A stretch of 60,930 nt of DNA, counting the filler. It is 5 parts of 5 records of this genome, joined end to end, with 100 filler letters (N's around TTAATTAATTAA, not from the genome) between each part and the next. Parts side by side here need not be neighbours in the genome. Positions count along the whole stretch, not along the records: positions 16,111 to 41,901 come from SRR31156797_7646; 4 more parts are not named here. The stretch is one strand, 5' to 3'. The position numbers and the translations under genes are program-made. This document shows, one piece after another, positions 29,573-39,649 of this stretch. How positions within the stretch are numbered: position 1 is the first letter of the stretch; each line of letters starts with the position of its first letter. The notes below the pieces were generated by a model that had not been told where the DNA came from, did not search any database, and saw nothing but the letters and a program-made list of their open reading frames with translations.

Positions 29573-30741
29573 TCCTAGGTGAAAACATAAGGGAATCATT
29601 TCGTTCGCTCATGGGAGCCAAGCAACGTTCCGTGCTGGCCCTGATCGGCATCGTCATCGGCATCGGCTCGGTAATCGCCATGGTCACTGTAGGACAGATT
29701 GTTGAAGATGAAGTCATCCGCCAGTTCAAAGAAATGGGAACGGATGTCTGTTCCGTACAGCAGGAATACGACGGCAGCAAAAATACGGGATTTCGTCTCC
29801 AAGACGTGCTCAAGATTACGCAAGCTTGCTCAACCATCCGCACGGTCGCACCCTATGTATCATTTTATAATGACCTGAAATTTTCCGGCAAACGCACTTC
29901 ATGTCCCGCGCTGGGTGTTACTGAAGAATTTGCGCGGCTCTATAAAATACCCATCAATGCGGGTAGATTCATCTCCGATCTGGACGGTCATGCCGCATTC
30001 TGTGTCCTTGGTGACAGTAAAGCCAAATGGCTGCGCGAAAACGGGGAAAGCGATCCCGTAGGCAAACAAGTAATTTTTGACGAGCGCATCTACACCGTGA
30101 TCGGCATTGCCGATGCAGTACCCATGGGCACCTTCACCCCCTACGAAATAAACGAAGGGATCATGATTCCCATCAAGACTGCCATGCGCAGTCAGGAACG
30201 CCCTCAGATCAACACTTTCGGAACCAGAATGAGAGAAAGCGGCATCAGCGAGCAGGCTACCGAGCAGCTCAAAAAATATTTCAAACTTACTTCCAAAACT
30301 GAAATCAGGGTCACCAGCGCCGAAGAGCTTGTAGCGCAGATGAAAAAACAAATGCGCATGTTCACCGCCCTGCTGGGAGCTATCGGTTCCATCTCCCTCA
30401 TCGTAGGCGGGGTGGGAGTAATGAATGTCATGCTGGTTTCGGTTTCAGAACGCAAAAAAGAAATCGGTATCCGCCGGGCCATCGGTGCCAAGCGCAAGGA
30501 TATCCAGTTCCAGTTTCTGGTGGAATCCATCATCCTTTCCTTCATCGGAGGGCTGCTGGGAACGGCACTAGGGGTCGGGGCCACTGCCATCATCTGCAAC
30601 TTCGCCGACTGGTCCTTCTTTGTTTCTGAAGAAGCGGTCATGCTTGGGGTGGGAGTATCAGCAGCTGTAGGAATCTTCTTCGGCTACTATCCGGCAAGAC
30701 AGGCTTCGGCCTTGAGCCCCATTGATGCTTTGCGGTCCTGA
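29569..30741 (+). CDS. MacB/FtsX-type ABC permease
   Basis: LIGIVIGIGSVI; IVGGVGVMNVMLVSVSERKKEIGIRRAIGA; YYPARQAS. Confidence 0.95.
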   Translation: MILGENIRESFRSLMGAKQRSVLALIGIVIGIGSVIAMVTVGQIVEDEVIRQFKEMGTDVCSVQQEYDGSKNTGFRLQDVLKITQACSTIRTVAPYVSFYNDLKFSGKRTSCPALGVTEEFARLYKIPINAGRFISDLDGHAAFCVLGDSKAKWLRENGESDPVGKQVIFDERIYTVIGIADAVPMGTFTPYEINEGIMIPIKTAMRSQERPQINTFGTRMRESGISEQATEQLKKYFKLTSKTEIRVTSAEELVAQMKKQMRMFTALLGAIGSISLIVGGVGVMNVMLVSVSERKKEIGIRRAIGAKRKDIQFQFLVESIILSFIGGLLGTALGVGATAIICNFADWSFFVSEEAVMLGVGVSAAVGIFFGYYPARQASALSPIDALRS

Positions 30742-30808
30742 TTAGACACCTGCATCAGCTACACATAAAAATATCAAGCCGACCCCAAAAAGAGCCGGCT
30801 TGATACTG

Positions 30809-33082
30809 TTATGGTACAGCAGGGGCTGCCGGAACGGCTGTTTTTGCTTTCATGCGTTTATCTGCATCATTTGATGCAGCTGCCGCAATGGCTGATCGCT
30901 CATCATCCGAAAGTTCCGCACCATCCGGAATCTGAACCGAGACGCGGGGACGGGCGAACTCAATCCCGGATTCTGCAAACTTCTCACGAAGCATGGCTAA
31001 CACATGCTTGCGGATGGTGAACTGACTACCCGGGCGGGTCATAAACTTAAGGCGCATGCGCATGCCGTATTCTTCCATAGCCATAACACCCTGACACTTG
31101 ATATCGTCGAGGAGCATTTCATTAAACTCCTCATCAGCGCGAATGGCCTTATTGATCTTTTTGATGATCTTTTTGACCTTCTTCACGTTGGTATCAAAGG
31201 GCACCAGATACTGAAGTTTCATAATCGCCCAGTCACGGGTATTGTTCTTGACCATTTTCATGGAACCGAAAGGGATGGTATACAAAAATCCGCGATGATG
31301 GCGTAGTTTGATGGAACGGACCGAGATGGCCTCCACAGTTCCTTTAGCCCCGGCGGTTTCAATGTAATCCCCGACCCGGAAGGCATCATCCATGAGAAAG
31401 AAAATTCCGGAAATGATGTCCTTGACCAAAGTCTGGGAACCGAAACCGATAGCAATACCGAAAACACTGGCCCCGGCAATAAGCGGGCCGATATTAACTC
31501 CGAGAGCCGCAAGCACGATGAGCACGGTCAGCACAAGGATAGTGGCGAATAGAAACTTCTTAACCAGTTGCAGCAAGGTGCTGAAACGATCCCCTTCATA
31601 GCTGTTCTCATCCCCCTTTGTTTTTTCGGCAATCTTGCGCTCAAAAAAGCGGCTAATGAAAATCCAGACCACGTAAGCCACAATAAGTGCGGACATAGAC
31701 TCAAAGGCCGCACCGACCACCCTTTCTCCAAGATCAAAATCAATTCCCCATGCATCGATAAGATCAAAAGCGATTCCGCAAAATATAAGAACACGGAAAC
31801 TGCCGACCAGAAAGGATTGAAAACGACTGATGTGGTTAGCATCAACGTCATCTTCATCATCAACAGAAACAGCAAAATCAGCAGCAAAAGCTACCAGCTT
31901 CTGAATGCCCATATCAGCCAGAAAGTAGGATGGTAAGGCCAGCAGAGTCATGAATCCCGGAACCATAGCTTCGTCCCCCAGAACGACAAGGGCCAGTTCC
32001 CAGAAAACCCAAAAACTCCATAGATATACCTGAGCACCAATATGCCAGAACCCGGCAAGTTGACTTCCCATGCTGTTTACACGGGCGCGGGCAACTATGA
32101 ACTCCCTGATATTGTGTCTGTTAATAAAAAGTAGTGTTGAAATGATAGAGACTACTGCAAATCCCACACAAGAACTGACCAGAAGATAAACCGTTTCACT
32201 CTTGTGCTCCAGCCGGATCAGAATATCCAGAAGAACGCCTACGGAAATAACGGCAGCAATGCGCAGGTTCCATCGATGCATGTAACGGGCAGTATTCGTA
32301 TTGAGTTTCAGATAACGCAGAGACGGGGCTGCAGGGGCCAGCAAAAAACGAGAAACAAGACCAATCACTTCAAGAGTTGCCATAGAAAGCAACCATGCGG
32401 CCAGCACCGGCCTCCCTGATGTTCCATCATCAAAAACAAGTAAGTAGACTGCACTGATGGCAGAAGAAACGAAAACCAGCCCCACAAGGTCGATACAAGC
32501 CCGGAAAAACAAACGCCCCATCTTTGTATACCAGAGCGCGTCTTCGGGAGTCTGTGAGATTTTAGTCCGCAATCCGATAGTCATTTTACGATAGCCGAAC
32601 ATCCCCCCGATCCAGAAAACAGTCAGCAGAAGCAAGGCCAGCCCATGTTCTCCCGGAGTCATCTTCTGATTACTGCCCAGAATGGCCTGCAAGGCCTTAG
32701 GCACTTCATCCTGTGCAACAGCCGCCCCGGAAAAGAGAGTAGAAAAACGTTCATGAACAAGAGCCATCCCATCCTTGAACTTATGACTCAAAGCAGCGAA
32801 CCCGGAAGGCTGGACAACATCGGTCTTCAGTTGAGTTACATTTTTCTGCATCTCCGTAATGAGCATCTGACGGACCCGCTCATCAGGCATGCCTGACAAA
32901 ATAATGTGTACCTGTTCCGGAGTAATATTTTCCGGAAGACTTTGAACATCCGCCGGGATATTTTTAACGGTAACCATACCCGGAACCGAACCGGGAACAG
33001 GTTCGGCATGGGAATTACAGGACCATAAGAACAATCCCGCAGCAATTAACAATACATATATAAAATTTGTCTTTCGAATCAT
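30809..33082 (-). CDS. Large MscS-family channel, copy 1
   Basis: Signal peptide, multi-TM region, AIGFGSQTLVKDIISG..FRVGDYI..GTVEAISVRS. Confidence 0.92.
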   Translation of the reverse strand: MIRKTNFIYVLLIAAGLFLWSCNSHAEPVPGSVPGMVTVKNIPADVQSLPENITPEQVHIILSGMPDERVRQMLITEMQKNVTQLKTDVVQPSGFAALSHKFKDGMALVHERFSTLFSGAAVAQDEVPKALQAILGSNQKMTPGEHGLALLLLTVFWIGGMFGYRKMTIGLRTKISQTPEDALWYTKMGRLFFRACIDLVGLVFVSSAISAVYLLVFDDGTSGRPVLAAWLLSMATLEVIGLVSRFLLAPAAPSLRYLKLNTNTARYMHRWNLRIAAVISVGVLLDILIRLEHKSETVYLLVSSCVGFAVVSIISTLLFINRHNIREFIVARARVNSMGSQLAGFWHIGAQVYLWSFWVFWELALVVLGDEAMVPGFMTLLALPSYFLADMGIQKLVAFAADFAVSVDDEDDVDANHISRFQSFLVGSFRVLIFCGIAFDLIDAWGIDFDLGERVVGAAFESMSALIVAYVVWIFISRFFERKIAEKTKGDENSYEGDRFSTLLQLVKKFLFATILVLTVLIVLAALGVNIGPLIAGASVFGIAIGFGSQTLVKDIISGIFFLMDDAFRVGDYIETAGAKGTVEAISVRSIKLRHHRGFLYTIPFGSMKMVKNNTRDWAIMKLQYLVPFDTNVKKVKKIIKKINKAIRADEEFNEMLLDDIKCQGVMAMEEYGMRMRLKFMTRPGSQFTIRKHVLAMLREKFAESGIEFARPRVSVQIPDGAELSDDERSAIAAAASNDADKRMKAKTAVPAAPAVP

Positions 33083-33291
33083 ACGCTCCTCACACAAGCA
33101 TCACTGAAGATTTTGAGGAGCAAACTATTCACACTTTATTTTTTGTGTAAACCATATTCGCAATACATTACGAACTTGTAATTTTCCTTTAAGCAAATAC
33201 GCAATTACATTACGCGGCTGTAACTATTCTGTCCCTTAAGGTTCAACTGATAAAGAGCATAAAGCAACCCGAAAAGAGCGGCTTGATCCTG

Positions 33292-35544
33292 TTATGGTAC
33301 TGCAGTGGCCTCAGGAATGACCACCTTTGCTTTCAGTCGTTTATCCTCATCACTTGAGGCTGCAGCAGCGATGGATGTCCGTTCTTCATCCGTAAGTTCC
33401 GCACCGTCGGGAATCTGGACCGAGACACGAGGCCGTGCGAACTCAATTCCGGCTTCCGCAAATTTCTCCCTGAGCATTGCCAGCACGTGCTTGCGGATAG
33501 TGAACTGGCTGCCAGGACGGGTCATGAACTTAAGACGCATACGCATCCCGTACTCTTCCATAGCTACAACGCCCTGACACTTGATGTCGTCCAGGAGCAT
33601 TTCATTGAACTCTTCGTCAGCGCGGATGGACATATTAATCTGTTTGATGATCTTCTTGACGTTCTTCACGTTGGTGTCAAAGGGAACCAGATAATACAAT
33701 TTCATGATCGCCCAGTCGCGGGTATTATTTCTAACCACTTCCATGGCCCCGAAGGGAATAGTATACAAAAAACCGCGATGATGACGCAGCTTGATGGAAC
33801 GGACAGAAATTGCCTCAACAGTTCCTTTGGCTCCGGCGGTCTCAATGTAATCACCGACCCGAAAGGCATCATCCATAAGAAAGAAGATCCCGGAAATAAT
33901 ATCTTTAACCAAAGTCTGAGAACCAAAACCAATGGCAATACCGAAAACACTGGCCCCGGCAATGAGCGAACCTATATTCACACCAAGGGCCGCAAGGACA
34001 ATCAATATTGTCACTACAAAAATAGTGGCGAAAAGAAACGTCTTAACCAGTTGCAGCAGGGTGCTGAAACGATCACCTTCATAACAGCTCCCTTCATCCT
34101 TCCTTTTTTCGGCGATCTTACGTTCAAAAAAACGGCTGATAAAAATCCAGATCACGTAAGCCATGATTAAAGCGGACATTGATTCAAAAGCTGCGCTGAC
34201 TATCCTTTCGCCAAGATCGAAATCAAATCCCCAGACATCAATAAGATCAAAAGCAATTCCGCAAAACAAAAGAACACGGAAACTGCATACCAAAAACGAC
34301 TGAAAACGGCTGATATAATTAGCATCCATTTCATCTGCATCATCTGAAGAAACAACAAAATCAGCAGCATAAACTATCAGCTTCCGAATTACCATATCGG
34401 CTAGAAAGTACAAAGGTAAGGCCAGCAAAGTCATGAACCCGGGAAGCATGGCATCATCTCCCAGTACTACAAGAGTCAGCTCCCAGAAAATCCAGATACT
34501 CCAGAGACATACCTGAGCACCGACATGCCAGAATCCGGCAAGTTGCCTGACCATGCTTTCTACACGGGTGCGGGAAAGTATGAACGCCCTGATATGGAGC
34601 CTGTTAATGAAGAGTAGTGTTGAAAGGATTGAGATTACGACAAATCCCGCACATGAACCGACCAGCAAATAAATGGTTTCGCTTTTGTGCTCCAACCGGA
34701 TAAGGGTATCCAAAAGAACGCCCACAGAAATCACAACAGCTATACGAAGATTCCAGTGATGCATATAACGGGCGGTATCTGTATGCAGATTAAAAAAACG
34801 CAGGGAGGGGGCATCAGGAGCCAGCAGGAAACGGGAAACAAGACCAATCATTTCGAAAGTTGCCATGGAGAGCAGCCATGCAGCAAGCACCGGCCTCCCG
34901 GAAGTACCGTCATGCAAGATAAGCAGATAAATTGCACTAAGAGCAAGAGAGATAAAGACCAGGCCTATAAGGTTGATACAGGACCGAAAAAACAAACGAC
35001 CCATCTTTGTGTACCAGAGTGCGTATTCCGGGATTTGCGAAATTCTAATCTGCAGCCCGGCAGTCATTTCCCTATAACCGAACATGCCCCCGACCCAGGC
35101 AAAAGTCAGTAGGAGCAGGACCAATCCATGTTCCCCCGGATTCATATTTAGGTTACTGCCCAGAATAGAGCGAAAAACCTTGGGAACTTCATCATGTGCA
35201 ACAGCCGCCACGGAAAGAAAAGTAGAAAGCCGCTCACAAGCATGTGCCATCCCTTCCTTGGACTTCTGGCTCAGGGCGACGAACCCGGCAGACTTGGCAG
35301 CTTCTTTTTGCATCTCCCCAATGAGCATCTGGCGGACCTGTTCATTCGGCATTCCGAAAAGAATAGAATTTACCTGTTCCGGTGACAGATTTTCCGGAAA
35401 ATTCTGAATAGCAGCCTGAGTATTTTTAACAGGCATTATGTCCGAAACCGATCCGGAGCCATCTCCAGCATAGGTATTAGGGGGCCAAAAGAATAGCTCC
35501 GCTACAATTAATAATACATATAAAAAGTTTGTCTTTCGAATCAT
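33292..35544 (-). CDS. Large MscS-family channel, copy 2 (tandem paralog)
   Basis: Co-linear with copy 1, with long identical stretches. Confidence 0.92.
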   Translation of the reverse strand: MIRKTNFLYVLLIVAELFFWPPNTYAGDGSGSVSDIMPVKNTQAAIQNFPENLSPEQVNSILFGMPNEQVRQMLIGEMQKEAAKSAGFVALSQKSKEGMAHACERLSTFLSVAAVAHDEVPKVFRSILGSNLNMNPGEHGLVLLLLTFAWVGGMFGYREMTAGLQIRISQIPEYALWYTKMGRLFFRSCINLIGLVFISLALSAIYLLILHDGTSGRPVLAAWLLSMATFEMIGLVSRFLLAPDAPSLRFFNLHTDTARYMHHWNLRIAVVISVGVLLDTLIRLEHKSETIYLLVGSCAGFVVISILSTLLFINRLHIRAFILSRTRVESMVRQLAGFWHVGAQVCLWSIWIFWELTLVVLGDDAMLPGFMTLLALPLYFLADMVIRKLIVYAADFVVSSDDADEMDANYISRFQSFLVCSFRVLLFCGIAFDLIDVWGFDFDLGERIVSAAFESMSALIMAYVIWIFISRFFERKIAEKRKDEGSCYEGDRFSTLLQLVKTFLFATIFVVTILIVLAALGVNIGSLIAGASVFGIAIGFGSQTLVKDIISGIFFLMDDAFRVGDYIETAGAKGTVEAISVRSIKLRHHRGFLYTIPFGAMEVVRNNTRDWAIMKLYYLVPFDTNVKNVKKIIKQINMSIRADEEFNEMLLDDIKCQGVVAMEEYGMRMRLKFMTRPGSQFTIRKHVLAMLREKFAEAGIEFARPRVSVQIPDGAELTDEERTSIAAAASSDEDKRLKAKVVIPEATAVP

Positions 35545-35783
35545 ATTCGCCTCGCAAGAGCATCATTTAAGATTTCAAGAAGCAAACCACTCACGCTTTA
35601 TTTTACGTATAAACTATATTTATAATACTTTTAAGCGAAGATGCACGAACAATGCGAGGCTGTAATTATTCTGTTCCCTTATAGTCAACAGCAGAGAAGC
35701 AACTTGGCCAGCTAAAAATCAAAAAGGGCTTGCAGCAGATGCCGCAAACCCTTTTTTCAATAAGGATGTGGAGATGGAAAGAT

Positions 35784-36647
35784 TTAATAGGCCTTGCGCT
35801 TGTTAATATTCTGCCCGATGACACTGAAAGTATTTTCGACTACAAAAATAGCTTCAGGATCGATATCAAAAACAACCTGCTCAAGGGAACGCAAACGCAG
35901 GTTATCGGTAATGGAATAAACCATATCAATGCGTTCACCGGAATAACCACCCTTGCCGGGAATAATGGTGGCATGCATCTTTTTATTCCGAGTCAGTTCG
36001 TGGATTATAATTTCCGATTTGCGGGAAATAATACGAACAGCCTTGCGCTGGTTAAAAAGCGAAAGCACGTACTCAGTCAATACGGAACTGATAAAAAGCA
36101 TGAGTAACGAGGCAATTATCTTATCCGGGGTATACCTGCTCAACGCAAAACTCATGACAACAGCGTTGATTACAAAATAGAAGGCCCCGAACCTTATCCC
36201 GTAACGCTGGTTGAGGATAACCGCCACAACATCAAGTCCGCCTCCCCCGCCGTAAGTTCTCAGGATAATCCCGCATCCGGCCCCCATAATCGCACCGGAT
36301 GCAATGGACGCATACATCTCATTTTGGATGCCAAGGTCAAGATGCACATAGGAAGTCAGCATCGTAACCATACCCATGGTCAGCAGGTTAAGAAAAAAAA
36401 ACCTGCGACTGACCCCTTTCCAAGCCAAGATGAACAACGGGATATTCAAAAGCAAATACCACCGGGACAAAGAAAGTTCCGGTGATATTTTCTGCATTAC
36501 AACTGCAAATCCGTAAAGAGCTCCGGGCACAAAATTATGGTGTGCAGCAACACCGTTATACCCGATGATAAAAACAAACGCCCCGACCATGAGCAGGAAA
36601 ATATTCCAGACAAGGGAGTCACTAATCTGCCTGACTTTATGTTCCAT
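35784..36647 (-). CDS. YitT-family membrane protein
   Basis: LLNIPLFILAW, GGGGLDVVA, GKGGYSG, DIDPEAIF. Confidence 0.9.
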   Translation of the reverse strand: MEHKVRQISDSLVWNIFLLMVGAFVFIIGYNGVAAHHNFVPGALYGFAVVMQKISPELSLSRWYLLLNIPLFILAWKGVSRRFFFLNLLTMGMVTMLTSYVHLDLGIQNEMYASIASGAIMGAGCGIILRTYGGGGGLDVVAVILNQRYGIRFGAFYFVINAVVMSFALSRYTPDKIIASLLMLFISSVLTEYVLSLFNQRKAVRIISRKSEIIIHELTRNKKMHATIIPGKGGYSGERIDMVYSITDNLRLRSLEQVVFDIDPEAIFVVENTFSVIGQNINKRKAY

Positions 36648-37584
36648 AGTTATGGGCCTTTCTCCTCAAGAAGTTGAGAGATCCACCATAGAGGGCAAAA
36701 AGAATTCCTGAAATAATTATCAAACCGCTGAAAACCTGATTCGTATTAACTGGCTCATGAATGACAAACCAGGCCACAACTGCACTTGCCGGGGGCAAAG
36801 TGTAGTAAAACAAGGCCGCCTTGGAAGCTCCGATAGCCTCTACAGCCATATTCCAAAACAGATAGCAGAGGATTGAAGCAAAAACAGAGAGATAAATAAG
36901 CGAAACCACGAGATTGTAAGTGAACTCGGGCATTACGATCTGACCGCCGGTTTCCCAAAAATACAGAGGGACAATGTACAAAGTTCCGAACAGGCAGCAG
37001 GACATAAGCAGGGTTGTCTGACTTATCTTGCCGGCCACTTTATTTACAACGGTATTGTAAATTGCGGACATCATGGCCGTACACAGAATAAGCAGGTCGC
37101 CCTTGGCCAGATGCATGTTCAGCAGTGTATCGAGACTGCCGTCAGTAACCAACAGGGCAACTCCGAAGGTGCTGACGGCAATCCCCGCATACATGCTCGG
37201 CTTGAGCTTTTCCTTCATGAAAAATTGGGCAATCAAGGCAGTAAGCAGGGGAGACATGGTTGAAATAAGGGACATGTTCAACGCTTCGGAAGTCTCCCCG
37301 GCAATAAAGACCAGAGTATCGTAAAGGGAGATGCCGCAAAGAGCGATGACGGAGAGCTCTTTCCAATAGCGGGCAACCAGATGACGCTCTTGAATGAAAG
37401 CCCTGAGTCCGAAGGGAAGGAAAATCAGCGTGGCCAGCACCCAGCGCAACAGGTTGAGTGTAGCGGGGTCAATGGTCCCGGCCAGTCCGCGTGCAGCAAC
37501 AAAGTTACCGCTCCAGTTAAGAATACCAAGAATAATAAACAGATATCCAGCTTTCTCGGTTTTTTTGAATTCATTCCACTTCAT
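36637..37584 (-). CDS. DMT/EamA-family transporter
   Basis: AGGAG RBS; WSGNFVAAR, GDLLIL, YLFWNMAVEAIGASKA; about 10 TM segments. Confidence 0.92.
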   Translation of the reverse strand: MKWNEFKKTEKAGYLFIILGILNWSGNFVAARGLAGTIDPATLNLLRWVLATLIFLPFGLRAFIQERHLVARYWKELSVIALCGISLYDTLVFIAGETSEALNMSLISTMSPLLTALIAQFFMKEKLKPSMYAGIAVSTFGVALLVTDGSLDTLLNMHLAKGDLLILCTAMMSAIYNTVVNKVAGKISQTTLLMSCCLFGTLYIVPLYFWETGGQIVMPEFTYNLVVSLIYLSVFASILCYLFWNMAVEAIGASKAALFYYTLPPASAVVAWFVIHEPVNTNQVFSGLIIISGILFALYGGSLNFLRRKAHNYGT

Positions 37585-37599
37585 TGTCCAGCTCCTAAA

Positions 37600-37949
37600 A
37601 TATTATAATGGCCCGCCCGCTTTGCAGTGGGCAGGCCTAAACCTCTTTGTTGGGAAATATGCCGATGGAAAATTTCCGTACTTCAAGGATGTCGGTTCAA
37701 ATATCTCGTTACCGGACAAGCTCTTGGAAAGTTGGGCTGGTGACGCTTCTGGCGGAAACCGGATTTCATTGCGTTGAGAATTCCGGTGAAGAGGATGTTG
37801 CAGCCAAAGAGATAAGTATTCTGCAATACCCGAAGCATAAAGACCGTGGGTCCTACGGCTTTCACCTTCAATGTGCCCAGTTGCTTTCCAAGAGCTTAAC
37901 TCGATCAAGGCTTATGTCTTGTTTCGAAAAATACCGGTAGCACAATCAT
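37600..37949 (-). ncRNA. Candidate structured ncRNA or 5' leader transcribed from a sigma54 promoter
   Basis: 14-bp perfect long-range stem (37718-37731/37884-37897), several internal hairpins, GC hairpin at 37610-37637, no credible ORF. Confidence 0.55.
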
Positions 37950-37959
37950 TCAGCCCTAA

Positions 37960-37975
37960 AGCATATGATGTGCCA
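37960..37975 (-). promoter_or_regulatory. Sigma54 promoter
   Basis: Minus strand TGGCACATCATATGCT (GG-N10-GC). Confidence 0.75.
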
Positions 37976-38039
37976 CACATGTAAGTGGCTAATTTAATTG
38001 AATTATATAAACACAACATAATACAAAACAAAAAAAGAG

Positions 38040-38122
38040 CGACACTAATGTCGCTCTTTTTCGCAAAAACAATGTAAAACGTCTTATTTTATGTCATTTT
38101 ACTTAAAACGACACAAGTGTCG
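38040..38122. promoter_or_regulatory. CGACA-N4-TGTCG palindromes, candidate enhancer sites
   Basis: CGACACTAATGTCG (38040) and CGACACAAGTGTCG (38109). The first lies inside an A/T-flanked terminator-like hairpin (38032-38061). Confidence 0.7.
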
Positions 38123-38155
38123 TAATGCGCTACAAATGTCATATTACACAAATCA

Positions 38156-39625
38156 TTAAAGTCCGTATTTTTTAAGTTTTCTCTGCATGGTGCGCATATT
38201 TAAGCCCATTTCTTCTGCAGTAGCACCTTTTTTCCAATGATTCCGCTCTAGTGCCTTAAGAAGAACATGTCTTTCAAAAGATTCGACAGCATCAGAAAAA
38301 GTTGTACCTGATTCGAACAATTTCACTGCTTCTCCCACTTCCGGACCGGCCTCAGGGGTATGAATACCCAGATCACTGAAGACCATCTCCCCGAAAGTAA
38401 GATATCGCTCAAGCACATTCTGTAATTCACGAACGTTTCCGGGCCAATGATGATGGTCCATGGCGGCCCTGATTTTACCGGGAATTCGCGGCAGCGAATC
38501 AGTCCGCCCCAGATAACGGGCCATAAATTCGTTAATAAGCAACGGCAGGTCCTCGATCCTCTCCCGCAGGGGCGGAACATGGATTGGCAAGACGTGCAAC
38601 CGGAAAAAGAAATCAGAGCGCATCAGCCCCTGCCGGACCAACTCACTGAGGTCCCGGTTGGTAGCGGCAATGAGCCTGAAATTAGAGGAGCGTGGTTCGG
38701 TTCCGCCCACCGGAGTATAAAGCCTGCTTTCAAGGGCACGCAACAGCTTGACCTGCAAGGCAAGATCAATCTCTCCCACTTCATCAAGAAACAGGGTACC
38801 CCCGTCAGCAGCAGCCAGATAACCCTGACGATCGGAAGTTGCACCTGAGAAAGCACCTTTCACATGGCCGAAAAACTCACTTTCCATCAGGTTGGACGGG
38901 ATAGCCCCGCAGTTGACCGGCACATAAGTCCCTTCGGACCCGCTCTGTTCGTGAATAGTCTGGGCCACCAGATCCTTACCGGTCCCTGTTTCACCAAAGA
39001 TAATCACATTGGAATCGCGCTTGGCAGCTTTCATAATCAGCTTGAAGACTTCACGCATGCCATTGCTTTTGCCAATAATACTCCCGAACTTAAAGCGGTC
39101 CTCAAGGGTCCCCCGCAAGTTCTGGTTCTCCTGCATGAGTTCATACTCACGAAGTTTCTGGGCACTGACATCAACCATAATCCCTTCAAGAATGGAAGGA
39201 TTGCCCTCTTCGTCATAAAGGCATTCACCCTGATCCCAAATCCACTTCTGACGGTCGGAATCAAGGCAGACCCGATAAAGAAGTTTATAGGAACGATGGT
39301 TCAGGATCGCTGCGTTCTGTTCTTTACGCATGACTGAAAGATCATCAGGATGGGCCAGAGTTTCCATGACATTGGTATGCTGATCTGTGAAAAACTCCGG
39401 AGCTACTCCAAAAAGCTCACTACTCCCCTTACTGACGAAATCGAGTGTCGGGTGCATATTCTCGTCAAGCGAACAACGGTAAACCATCCCCGGAAGGTTG
39501 TTAAAAAGGCGGGTCAGCTGCAGTTTACTCTCCTGCAACTCTTTTTCGGTTTCTCTGGAAGTTTTAATCTGCTTCTCAAAAAGGCGGCATTGTTCAAGAA
39601 GCTCATCATATGTAGGTTTATTCAT
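38156..39625 (-). CDS. PAS-domain sigma54-dependent transcriptional activator
   Basis: GGAGAGG RBS before MNKPTY; PAS (NLPGMVYRC); GETGTGKD; ESEFFGHVKGAFSGA; WPGNVRELQN; HTH. Confidence 0.95.
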   Translation of the reverse strand: MNKPTYDELLEQCRLFEKQIKTSRETEKELQESKLQLTRLFNNLPGMVYRCSLDENMHPTLDFVSKGSSELFGVAPEFFTDQHTNVMETLAHPDDLSVMRKEQNAAILNHRSYKLLYRVCLDSDRQKWIWDQGECLYDEEGNPSILEGIMVDVSAQKLREYELMQENQNLRGTLEDRFKFGSIIGKSNGMREVFKLIMKAAKRDSNVIIFGETGTGKDLVAQTIHEQSGSEGTYVPVNCGAIPSNLMESEFFGHVKGAFSGATSDRQGYLAAADGGTLFLDEVGEIDLALQVKLLRALESRLYTPVGGTEPRSSNFRLIAATNRDLSELVRQGLMRSDFFFRLHVLPIHVPPLRERIEDLPLLINEFMARYLGRTDSLPRIPGKIRAAMDHHHWPGNVRELQNVLERYLTFGEMVFSDLGIHTPEAGPEVGEAVKLFESGTTFSDAVESFERHVLLKALERNHWKKGATAEEMGLNMRTMQRKLKKYGL

Positions 39626-39649
39626 GCTTACCTCTCCTGCAAACATGTG

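Larger units (their letters stand above)
30785..35685. repeat. Tandem duplication of a ~2.45-kb MscS unit including flanks
   Basis: Shared 3' flank (AAAAGAGC(C)GGCTTGAT.CTGTTATGGTAC) and 5' flank (GAGCAAAC...CTTTATTTT...GGCTGTAA.TATTCTGT). Confidence 0.9.

Noticed and set aside
37603-37940. Short ORFs within the structured leader
   Set aside because: No RBS, no family features and atypical composition; base-pairing explains the region better. A very small peptide cannot be excluded.
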